Of a stretch of DNA of 64,000 nt, positions 28,046 through 37,330 are shown piece by piece. How positions within the stretch are numbered: the stretch's first letter is position 1; every line of letters starts with the position of its first letter. Below the pieces are notes generated by a model, which searched no databases, had not been told where the DNA came from, and saw only the letters and a list, made by a program, of their open reading frames with translations. A program made the translations under genes and the position numbers. Source of the stretch: Nemertoderma westbladi (Eukaryota > Animalia > Xenacoelomorpha); NCBI GenBank assembly GCA_032718475.1, contig JAUCBJ010008729.1:1486-65485 (forward strand), given 5' to 3'.

Positions 28046-31000
28046 TCATCCCAATTGTCGCGCTCCCGTGGTCGCTTCCGCCAACTCTTCCTTCTGCAGT
28101 TGCACACGCGCTTTCTCAGACGCCCCCTGCGCCTTGCGCTGCAACCGCTGCGCTTCTATAATCGAATGGTAGTGGTCGTCCTTGACTTGACGCTTGTCTT
28201 GGACCTCTCCTCCTGGTTCTTTCCGCGAGCCTCGCGCTCCAGCGGTCGTCGCTGTGGTCGCTGCGATCCTTTGCTCTCGTATCCTCTCAGCGGTCAATGA
28301 ACCCACTGGCACATGAGTCAACAAGAATTCGTTGCGGTACTGTATAGCCGCCATCCTCCAATCTCCTCGCGCGCGTACCACCTTTCTAGTCTCCGTAAAT
28401 ACACCCTTCGTAATGCGATCGCAAATGGCAACGAAGTTCCATGTGTACTTATTGTCCATGTTCAATTGTCTGAAGTACTCTCGAACTACGATAACTCCAG
28501 TGTTCTGTGGAAGGTCTTGAGCAGTTAGGATGAGCTCCTGATATTGTGGTAGCGATTGTAAATATGGCTCGTACGCAACATGCGATGGGTCTACCGCCCA
28601 AAACCCATATCCCGCTTTAAATGGTAACCAACGCATCTGCGCTTGGATATGGTAATCGGCCACACCCTCCCACTTATCTAACATCTCCCGAAGTAGGTTA
28701 GCGCTATGGTTTTGAAAGGAATCATCTCGTAGCTGACATCTTGCGCTACGATGTCCCTTTACCCCGCAATATTCGCATTGAGAAATGAAGACGGTGCACG
28801 TATGAAACGAATGGTCGGTCTCATTACACCAACGGCAGACCTTATGCGCCGCCTCTATTACCGCGTCGCACGACTTTAGATTGTGCCTTGTGCTGCCGCA
28901 CAATTTGCACCTACGCGCTTGTGGAAACCAGGCCCTCTCGTATATGAGGTCTCCAATCGGTTTCGCACTTCCTTCTTTCCCAATGTCTAATACGATGTCG
29001 TCCTCTCCAGTCAACGGTTGTCGATCCGGAACAAAGTAAACATCCTCGCCCTTATCCTCTATCTCCAATATTTCCTCCCGCGTTCGTTTCGGATATGTCT
29101 TCTCCACCGGGAGATCTACTCCGAACACCTCTACTAAAGTCTCCGGCCAGCCCTCCTTAACAGGTTTATCAGCCTCCGAGTGGAAGGGAGTACCAAACCC
29201 GCGGGTTTGATTCCCGAACCACTTCTCCAAAGCTTCTGGCGTCGGATATTCCATCGACGGTCGGTCTCCCAAATCTCCGATATTCTGTCGATATATTCCT
29301 TCGAATATCGCTAATCCTCTCCTCACCATCGACGTATTCTCTAACGATTGGTTGAAGAACGGGGTTAAGAAACGCTTCATCACGTCGGATTGGATTCCCC
29401 CTTTCGAGCGAACGTATTGATCTCCTCCGAATACCAATGGATGACGCTTCAAAACTCGCGCAACGATATCCGCTAATAAACAAGTCACCGTGTTCGACTC
29501 AAGCACCAAATAATATTGTAGCGACGCACGGGGTGGCGCGCAAATGTTCCAATACACTAACGCTTGCCGCTTGAAGTGGGATTTGAACTCCGCTCCCGGT
29601 GGCGTGTTGTATTCGCCGTACGCCTCCTCGTACTTCTTTTGCGTCTTTAACTTAAAGTCCCAATTATACAACAAGTGTGCTATAAAGCCCATACCAGTCT
29701 TGGCAGAGTTGGGATACTCCCTATAAATTCCAATATCCTGTGCCCATAGCAACAATAGCTTGGTGTCGACAAACGGTCTAGGCAATCTATCTTCCAGATC
29801 AGTCATGGCGTTGAAGTCGCTCTCCAAATCGCTCTGGACTCCCGATCCCACCTTGACGTAATCTTGGTTGAGAATAGCCTCTCTAACTTTCTTGGGTAAC
29901 ATCCTGGCGTCGATACGCTCCGCTCCGTGCATACCTCCTCGCCTGCATACCTCCAAAATCTGTTCCCTAGGATCCTTTCCCTTCCGATATTGTGTCGTTA
30001 TGATGGGCTCCGGTCTCTCTCGATCCGCCCTCACACGCATAAACACATGAGTCACACCATCGGCCGCACGAATCTGAATACACTTGCTGGTCAAGCATTC
30101 TTGATGGGACCCTCCTTCATTGTCGTAGAACATCACCCTCCAATCTTGCAGTGATTCCTCCGTTTTCCTCCACTGACGCTGAATCTCATCTGATGGGGTC
30201 CACATGCGCTCGATCGCCTTGTGGTCATCATATCGGGTATAAGAACCCTTCCTCCTCAGCCACGTCTGGTCTACCTCCTCGTCGTCTGGGAATGTAGCCA
30301 CCGCGACCCATACCTTGATGTACTTATCCAACCATCCGAATAACTTACTCTCCTTCCCCGGAGCTCCAATCTTATCCAACGTGTCGTAATCTGTGATCTG
30401 CATTGGGACATCACGCAAGAACTTCGCGCATAAAACTTCCCGTAAACAGTCAACGTTCCAATGGTCCGCCATTCTTACCATCGGCAAGAATCGTATCGCT
30501 TCTCGCGACTCCGGATGATCTACTAATATCGCAGGTTCGGTGCCGTCGGAATAATACACCGGTCCGGGTTGAGATACGACCTGTGGAACAAATCCGGTCA
30601 CTCTCCTCGTCTCCTCTTGATGTCTATCCGCGGTCTTATTATACTCCGCTATCCTGTTCTCAAATAACTCCTTCGCCTTCGCCGCTCGCTCCTCCTGCCG
30701 CAACGCGTCTATGTCGTCCTGATGCTCAGGCGTGAGGCTTCTCACTCGGTGAGGTGAAGTAAACGTAGTCCAGGGACTCGAGAGCTCCAAACCCGCGGGT
30801 TTGGTACCCGAGTCCCGCGCCGCTTCGCGCCGCGCCTCTAGATCCTTGTAGGCTCGGTATAGCGAAATGGCCGCTGCCGTCTCTATCAAACTGGGTGTCG
30901 AACAGGGTTTAATCTCCGTATACGGATCTAATGTCGTAACGGTCGGCGTAATGGGTCTCGGAGGTCGCTTTCCGCTGAAGTCGATACTGATCATCGGGTT

Positions 31001-31576
31001 GCTCATCGGGTAACCTCCCTCGTTATATCTAAGGAATTGGTGAGCTGGACATCGCGTTAATATCGGTTCCGGATGTTGCTCGTCTAATCGGTCGGGAATC
31101 GCCACGTCCTGTTTATTCATGCATTCACCACACTTGTAGAAGAGCTTGTATACGCTGAAGACTTTCGGCGTCTCCTGATCCTCGCCTCGAGTCCTCCGAT
31201 ACAGATGCATTCCGTCGAACTGGTCTCGGACTGCAGGTAGAGGCTCCTCATGTCGTAAATACATATTCATATGGTATAGTCGTGCGATTTCCTCGTCCGG
31301 ATCTGCGCTAATGTCGCACACGTCCAAAGCAAAGTCGTAGGGATACCGCGTGCGATACTCTTTCCGCAAGACTTCCATCCGGTCCCCCAATGCTCTCATT
31401 CTTTCTCTCCGTAATTCTTTATCATAACTTGGTTTATACTTCCCGTTCAGCTCCATCACGGACCGCCCATGGTAGTAAACGTTAGAGTCTTTACATCCCG
31501 GTCGCGCGAATGGTAGCTCCGCCTTTTCTCTGGCAGTAAATCCTCTGCGCGGTTGCGCTCTAATATCCCTCTCCAT
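28046..31576 (-). CDS. Element B accessory ORF3, 1176 aa, three tandem CCHC zinc knuckles, no Env hallmarks; function unknown
   Basis: Open 3.5-kb frame between pol and the 3' LTR. CKLCGSTRHNLKSC, CRWCNETDHSFHTC and CEYCGVKGHRSARC are all C-x2-C-x4-H-x4-C. No N-terminal hydrophobic signal or C-terminal TM anchor is evident. Confidence 0.88.
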   Translation of the reverse strand: MERDIRAQPRRGFTAREKAELPFARPGCKDSNVYYHGRSVMELNGKYKPSYDKELRRERMRALGDRMEVLRKEYRTRYPYDFALDVCDISADPDEEIARLYHMNMYLRHEEPLPAVRDQFDGMHLYRRTRGEDQETPKVFSVYKLFYKCGECMNKQDVAIPDRLDEQHPEPILTRCPAHQFLRYNEGGYPMSNPMISIDFSGKRPPRPITPTVTTLDPYTEIKPCSTPSLIETAAAISLYRAYKDLEARREAARDSGTKPAGLELSSPWTTFTSPHRVRSLTPEHQDDIDALRQEERAAKAKELFENRIAEYNKTADRHQEETRRVTGFVPQVVSQPGPVYYSDGTEPAILVDHPESREAIRFLPMVRMADHWNVDCLREVLCAKFLRDVPMQITDYDTLDKIGAPGKESKLFGWLDKYIKVWVAVATFPDDEEVDQTWLRRKGSYTRYDDHKAIERMWTPSDEIQRQWRKTEESLQDWRVMFYDNEGGSHQECLTSKCIQIRAADGVTHVFMRVRADRERPEPIITTQYRKGKDPREQILEVCRRGGMHGAERIDARMLPKKVREAILNQDYVKVGSGVQSDLESDFNAMTDLEDRLPRPFVDTKLLLLWAQDIGIYREYPNSAKTGMGFIAHLLYNWDFKLKTQKKYEEAYGEYNTPPGAEFKSHFKRQALVYWNICAPPRASLQYYLVLESNTVTCLLADIVARVLKRHPLVFGGDQYVRSKGGIQSDVMKRFLTPFFNQSLENTSMVRRGLAIFEGIYRQNIGDLGDRPSMEYPTPEALEKWFGNQTRGFGTPFHSEADKPVKEGWPETLVEVFGVDLPVEKTYPKRTREEILEIEDKGEDVYFVPDRQPLTGEDDIVLDIGKEGSAKPIGDLIYERAWFPQARRCKLCGSTRHNLKSCDAVIEAAHKVCRWCNETDHSFHTCTVFISQCEYCGVKGHRSARCQLRDDSFQNHSANLLREMLDKWEGVADYHIQAQMRWLPFKAGYGFWAVDPSHVAYEPYLQSLPQYQELILTAQDLPQNTGVIVVREYFRQLNMDNKYTWNFVAICDRITKGVFTETRKVVRARGDWRMAAIQYRNEFLLTHVPVGSLTAERIREQRIAATTATTAGARGSRKEPGGEVQDKRQVKDDHYHSIIEAQRLQRKAQGASEKARVQLQKEELAEATTGARQLG

Positions 31577-32356
31577 TATATTACGCGTATATACATATAT
31601 ATATATCCCAATAAGTGCCGTTACGTAACCAACTACACTGTGGGTAAATCAGTTAGATGTCGCCGAAGGACAGACCTCCCGAACCCCCCCCGCCTTCCAG
31701 CAGTTCAGGTTCGACTCTCTAGATCCCGTCTCTTCCTAACTAACTATCCTCTAACCTATTCCCATGCATAGCGCAAAAACTTTGGAGATAAACTGGCCGT
31801 GACCAACTCACTTTTTGATGCCCAAACTACTCCCATTACTCCTACTAAACTACAGTAGTTAGAAAGGACCATAGTCACAATACTCGACTATACCAAACCC
31901 ACAGGTTTGATAATCGAACATCACACATCCTGCAAACTACTGAGTGGGGTCCATGTACGCCTCTGGTGCTACTAACCTTTAGCACCTTAGTTGCACTGTT
32001 GGCACCAATCTGTGGAAGTTGCTAAACTCAATTTACACTCCTACGTAATATAGCCATCACCATGGTTTCTAAATGCTATTTTCCAGGCTTCACGACTTTT
32101 ACTTTTCAAATTACTGTTTTCTATAGACGAATTTTTCTATAGACGGAAACTAAAACGCGTCTATACACAGCGTCTGGAATTGTCTTGGGTTCACTTCTAA
32201 TTTTTAAAATTTTCTAATTTTCCAAAAATTTTGAAAATAAAATTTTGTTTTGATACCCACTAGACAAAACTCAACGCAAATCACCACAACCCCGCTCCTA
32301 TGCATTTCCTTGTATTTGCATACGAGGAATGCATACGAAGTGAGTTGCGTCCAACA

Positions 32357-35300
32357 CTAACTCTGTTTTGAGGCAGGAGACAAATTATAATCTCCTGTCT
32401 TGATACGTGTCTCCTCTAATAACACAATATCTTGGACCGGTCGGTCCAAGGTGTGTAAACCATTAGTTTTACACTTTTTTGGGTGCGGACACTTGCACCT
32501 AATTTTCACAGTGACTGTGCGCACTATGTTATGCACGTCTGGGTGTGTGTGCAAGATCACTCCAGTCTCCCAATACTTTCTCTTGACAATGGGTTCGGTT
32601 ATCAGTACGTAATCTCCCCTTTGGAGGCTCCGAACCGTTTTGTACCACTTTGTTCTGGTGGATATGGTGGGAAGATAGTATTCCCGCCAATATTCCCAGA
32701 ATGTGTACGCTACTAATTGAGTCACTTTCCAGCTCTTACGACTATATAGGTCGGCACTAATGGGTTCTGATGCCGGCACAAGAAATGCTGGACTCTGCAT
32801 TAGCAAATGATTCGGCGTTAATGCAACACCGTCTGGTAACATAGCTATCGGCCTCGAGTTTAGGGTATGCTCGATTTCAATGAAAGCTGTGACCAGTTCG
32901 TCGTCGGTAAGTTGTTTGTTCACAGGCAATGTTTTAGCAATGGCCTGCTTTACAGAGCGAACTAAACGCTCCCAACTTCCTCCTCTCCAAGGACTTTCTG
33001 GAGTATTGAATCTCCATTCTACTCGTTGCGGCAAAAGTGCTGCAGAAATTTCCTTATTCTGTGCTGCTTTATGAGCCGCGTTCAACTCGCTATTCCCTCC
33101 GACAAAGTTTGTACCCTTATCGGAGTAGAACGCCTTTACTAGTCCTCTCCTGGCCATAAATCTCTTTAAGGCCAGGAGCAGAGATTTGGTCGACATGTCT
33201 GCCACACGCTCAATGTGTATGGCTCTACTCGCCATACATGTCAGTAGCAGACCCCATCGTTTGTGGGTCAGCCGTCCACTCTTTGCTTCAATCGGACCAA
33301 AACAATCCACCCCTGTGTTCGTAAAGGGTGGGTCATATGCATGCACTCTCGCTTCCGGGAGTTCAGCCATCTCCTGTTCCAATACTCTGGCGTTCACTCT
33401 CTTGCAAACCAGACAGGCGTCGTACATGGTGCCTACTGCCCTGCTTGGCTGCAATAGAATGAATCGCTGTCTCGCTGCCGACAAACAGTGTAACTTTCCC
33501 GCGTGATGCAACCTCTTGTGTATATCCCATAGAATCGCTCTTTGCAATTCTGTTGGGTGACTAGGGATTATCACTGGGAACCGAAACTGTGAGTTTATGT
33601 CGACAGTCTGGATTCTCGATCTATGACAAATCAAACCCTTATGGATTAATGGACTCCATTTTCTAAGGGGTTTATAGAGAACTGGTCGTTGAGCCGATAA
33701 TAGATGGAATTCTTTGGGGAAGGCACACATTTGATAATGTTTCAAATGCTTTAATTCCGCTTGATCAATCTCATCCTCTGTCAGAGGTTGTTTCAATTTC
33801 CGAATTCGCTCACTATTGGTGCTCAATGGTTCTCTCAAATGTTTCGAATGTTTTAAACAAAGGTACGAAATGTATCGGCTTAACCACGCAGTTCTTTTAC
33901 AAATTGTCAGCCAAGAGGCAGACGAATTTAGTAATTTGTCATAAATACTGCATGACTCTAATGCCAGCGACGGTTGTCCGCTAACCAATGGAAGTTTCGA
34001 ATCCAAACCCGCAGGTTTGGAAACCAAAGGCTCCATTGTGTCGGTCATTTTCTGTCCGTCACTTACCAACTGTGACTCCGGTTTAGTCTGTAAGGGTGGT
34101 TTTATGTCGTAACTTACCCTTCCTGACCTAGTAGTCACGTAAGTCTGTTGGTCTGACAGGTCTCCGGGCCGCTCCAATGACTCTTCAGGCCGCTCCAATG
34201 ACTCTTCAGGCCGCTCCAATGACTTAAGTTTGGCTTTAGACTTCGACTTAGAGACTTTCTCCACTTTGACTTCTGCATCTTCAGGCATCGGATTGGTCAC
34301 TATCTTTAGTCGCTCTGGCCAATGTTCCTGTGTCCTTGTTAGAAAATCAGGTCCATGCAACCAAAACTCCTGCGACTCTTCCTGACAAAATTCCGCCGGC
34401 ATTGCACCTCTCGAAGTTATGTCGGCCGGGTTCAACACTCCCGGACAATGTCTCCATTGTTCCTTCGTCGAAAAGTCAACGATCTGAGCGCGTCTGTTGG
34501 CCACAAATGTCTTTAGTGCAATATTGTCGGCCGCAATGTATACTAACACTAAGGATGCGTCCGTCCAATAGAATAAGGTCAATGTCGTGTCTAATTCCTC
34601 TGTTATTTGCTTACTTACCTCGACTGAAACTACAGCCGCCTGTAACTCTGCACGAGGGACAGTCATGTATTTGACCGGCATTGTCTTTGATCTAGAAGTC
34701 ACAAAGGCCGTCTCAAACTTGTCCTGACTTACCTCTCGGCGAAGGTAGGCTACCATACCAAAGCCGGTGTCACTTGCGTCACTAAACATATGCAGTTCGA
34801 GATCAGCTGGAAATACCAGCTGATTCGGAAAGTAGGAACGGGGTACGTCTATGTTTTTCAATAGATGTAACTCGGCTTCCCACTCTCTCCACTGCTTTGC
34901 ATGTATAGGAGATATTGGTTCGTCCCACTCTACGTCGGACAACCAAATTTTCCTCATGCACGCTCGTGCCTGTAATATAACCGGACTGATAAAGTTCATC
35001 GGGTCAAATAGTCTACTCAATGTCGATAAGCAAATCCTCTTAGTCAAAACTTTGTCTGGGCTACTGGGCTCAAATCTAACTCTTACCTGGAACTTATCTG
35101 AGTTCGGGTTCCAAGCGAGTCCCAGTACTCGCGCCATGGGGATTGGTTCTACCCCCAATTCTATGTCTCCGCTCCCGCGATCTTTTACCGGGAACGACTC
35201 TAATAGGGCCTCCGAATTCGTAGTGAACTTGGTCAGAGGAAATCCCCCTGTAGCCAAGCACTCTTGCAGGCCGTGAGCCACTTCTATGGCTTGTTCCGCC

Positions 35301-37330
35301 GTGTCCTTGGACACCAATCCGTCGTCCATGTAGAAGTTTCTCAAGATGGACTCGATAACCTCTACTGGGTACTTACCAATCTGGGCTGTTGCCGTTTTCT
35401 TTAGAACAAACAGCGTGCCATTCGGACTATCGCGGGCGCCAAATATCCTAACGTACATTTGGTATGTAACCACTGGGCCGGATAAGTCTTCATTCTCGTA
35501 CCAGAGAAAGCGAAGGCTATCCTGGTCTGCCTTACAGGCTCTTACCTGGTGGAACATCGCCTCGATGTCACAAGTAAATGCGAATCGTCGCTGTCTAAAA
35601 CGCAACAGTATTCCTATCAAATAGTTATTCAGGTTGGGACCATCCATCAACTCTGAATTCAGGGACATACCTCTATAGACTGCTGCGCAGTCGTTGACTA
35701 CTCGGACTTTGTCTGGCTTGTCAGGGTGAGTCACATAGTGGTGTGGAAGGTAATAAGTCTGGTCTGTCACTAAGTCAGGGTCCTCTACCTTCCCAGCAAA
35801 TCCCTTGGCGAAATAGTTGTTGATCTGGGCGCAATACTTCTCCCTAATGTCCGGATTCCTTAACAACCGAGCCCTTACTCCGTTCAATCTTTTCAAGGCT
35901 AAGTTGTAGTTGTTCTCCAACTTAGGTGGTTGTCGACGCCACAACATTCCAACTTCAAAATGTCCAGTCGGTAGCAGACGTATGGTGTCTTCCATCATCT
36001 CCAGCGACCGTTTTTCATCAGTAGACATGGCTAGGTCATATCCACCGGGTTCCATTGCGTCCCTATCCAGCCATTCGACGGTTCTGGCTCCTGTCTCGAG
36101 GTCCTGGCGTATCAATTCCTTCTGTAATTCCTCCTCACTGTATTGGAAAATGTCGAGGTCTCGATATTTAGCCACTTGACCCTCCACTATGTCTGTATAA
36201 GTCAAAACGTTAGTCAAATAGGTAGCGTGGGCCGCTGAACCAGACCCACGGGTCTGATAACAGTAGTCCTCGGGTTCACTATCTGTCCGGTCGTTATGAA
36301 GTGGTTCCGACAACCTAACATTATCGGGAATCAACTCCTCGTCCGACTCGCTAAAGTCACTATAGTGGTCAATACAGGTTCTCCTAAACTCGTCTATGTC
36401 TGGTGGTTCTACTAACGGTGGTTGAGTTATAGGCTGTAATTCGTCGTATCTATTCATTGGCTTGTCGCCACCTGTAAACTCATAAGACATGGGTACTCGT
36501 GTATACCAACCTAATATAGTCCTATGGGCATGTGGTCCATTGACATGCGGCTCAGCTGGTCTCGTTTCCCATATCTGGTGTGCGATCAGCTGTTCTGCAC
36601 CAATCAACATAGAAACATTCCTATAACCTACCTGGTGTCTGGGTATCCTGAGCTTGTCAAAATACTCCTGTGCTATGGGACTCATCGGCGGCACCTTACC
36701 TAACTGCCTGCCGAATCCCTTCATAGCTAGACACTTAAATCCGTCCAATGGCAAAGCTTTCCGTTCTTGTCGAGTGTGTTGGTCTCTCGGTAGTAGGGAA
36801 TCTAGTTCTACCGAAATTCTGTGTCCCTTGAGGTCTCCTACCCCATGCATAGACTTCAACTCTATTTGGATCTCCTCGGCGTCCTGGAAGCTAGAAACAG
36901 CTCTCGCCACTTCCTCGTCGATATAAGATAATGTGGACGCAGTGTCCAACATCACATATATTCGCTTCGATCCCTTATCGCCAGTGAGTTTCACCGGAAT
37001 CACGCTAAATATTTCCGACGTGGCCGATGATAAATACGTCCGCGCGCTGGTCGATGAACTATCCGCGGTGAAACCTTGGCAGGTCACTTCTCTCGCGCTC
37101 GACTCGCCATCCTCGTCCGACGAACCTGGTTGGTAACCATCGTCCTGGATGCCGGTGTACGTATTTCTCCTTATCGATACGGGTTCTTTGCTCCCCTTCC
37201 TGTGAGGATTTCGCTGTAAGTAACGGTCCGTCGGGGTGTGGAAATCCGCATGTAGCAACTTGTAGTCTGCCGCATTCCATGCATCCGTCCTTGCTGTTCG
37301 GGCACTGCCGCCGTACATGACCTGGCGCAA
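32357..37330 (-). CDS. Element B pol (protease, RT, RNase H, integrase)
   Basis: MLDTAS; RVVNDC, DIEAMFHQ, FGARDSP, YMDD; FSDAS, RAELQAA, WTD; H-x4-H..C-x2-C, GVDCFGP, SDKGTNF, GGSWERL. Confidence 0.96.
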   Translation of the reverse strand: MRQVMYGGSARTARTDAWNAADYKLLHADFHTPTDRYLQRNPHRKGSKEPVSIRRNTYTGIQDDGYQPGSSDEDGESSAREVTCQGFTADSSSTSARTYLSSATSEIFSVIPVKLTGDKGSKRIYVMLDTASTLSYIDEEVARAVSSFQDAEEIQIELKSMHGVGDLKGHRISVELDSLLPRDQHTRQERKALPLDGFKCLAMKGFGRQLGKVPPMSPIAQEYFDKLRIPRHQVGYRNVSMLIGAEQLIAHQIWETRPAEPHVNGPHAHRTILGWYTRVPMSYEFTGGDKPMNRYDELQPITQPPLVEPPDIDEFRRTCIDHYSDFSESDEELIPDNVRLSEPLHNDRTDSEPEDYCYQTRGSGSAAHATYLTNVLTYTDIVEGQVAKYRDLDIFQYSEEELQKELIRQDLETGARTVEWLDRDAMEPGGYDLAMSTDEKRSLEMMEDTIRLLPTGHFEVGMLWRRQPPKLENNYNLALKRLNGVRARLLRNPDIREKYCAQINNYFAKGFAGKVEDPDLVTDQTYYLPHHYVTHPDKPDKVRVVNDCAAVYRGMSLNSELMDGPNLNNYLIGILLRFRQRRFAFTCDIEAMFHQVRACKADQDSLRFLWYENEDLSGPVVTYQMYVRIFGARDSPNGTLFVLKKTATAQIGKYPVEVIESILRNFYMDDGLVSKDTAEQAIEVAHGLQECLATGGFPLTKFTTNSEALLESFPVKDRGSGDIELGVEPIPMARVLGLAWNPNSDKFQVRVRFEPSSPDKVLTKRICLSTLSRLFDPMNFISPVILQARACMRKIWLSDVEWDEPISPIHAKQWREWEAELHLLKNIDVPRSYFPNQLVFPADLELHMFSDASDTGFGMVAYLRREVSQDKFETAFVTSRSKTMPVKYMTVPRAELQAAVVSVEVSKQITEELDTTLTLFYWTDASLVLVYIAADNIALKTFVANRRAQIVDFSTKEQWRHCPGVLNPADITSRGAMPAEFCQEESQEFWLHGPDFLTRTQEHWPERLKIVTNPMPEDAEVKVEKVSKSKSKAKLKSLERPEESLERPEESLERPGDLSDQQTYVTTRSGRVSYDIKPPLQTKPESQLVSDGQKMTDTMEPLVSKPAGLDSKLPLVSGQPSLALESCSIYDKLLNSSASWLTICKRTAWLSRYISYLCLKHSKHLREPLSTNSERIRKLKQPLTEDEIDQAELKHLKHYQMCAFPKEFHLLSAQRPVLYKPLRKWSPLIHKGLICHRSRIQTVDINSQFRFPVIIPSHPTELQRAILWDIHKRLHHAGKLHCLSAARQRFILLQPSRAVGTMYDACLVCKRVNARVLEQEMAELPEARVHAYDPPFTNTGVDCFGPIEAKSGRLTHKRWGLLLTCMASRAIHIERVADMSTKSLLLALKRFMARRGLVKAFYSDKGTNFVGGNSELNAAHKAAQNKEISAALLPQRVEWRFNTPESPWRGGSWERLVRSVKQAIAKTLPVNKQLTDDELVTAFIEIEHTLNSRPIAMLPDGVALTPNHLLMQSPAFLVPASEPISADLYSRKSWKVTQLVAYTFWEYWREYYLPTISTRTKWYKTVRSLQRGDYVLITEPIVKRKYWETGVILHTHPDVHNIVRTVTVKIRCKCPHPKKCKTNGLHTLDRPVQDIVLLEETRIKTGDYNLSPASKQS

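Noticed and set aside
28046-31576. ORF3 as an envelope glycoprotein or a second Gag
   Set aside because: No signal peptide or TM anchor is evident, there is no capsid-like KF.G/EK..YL region, and knuckle spacing differs from the BEL Gag knuckles.
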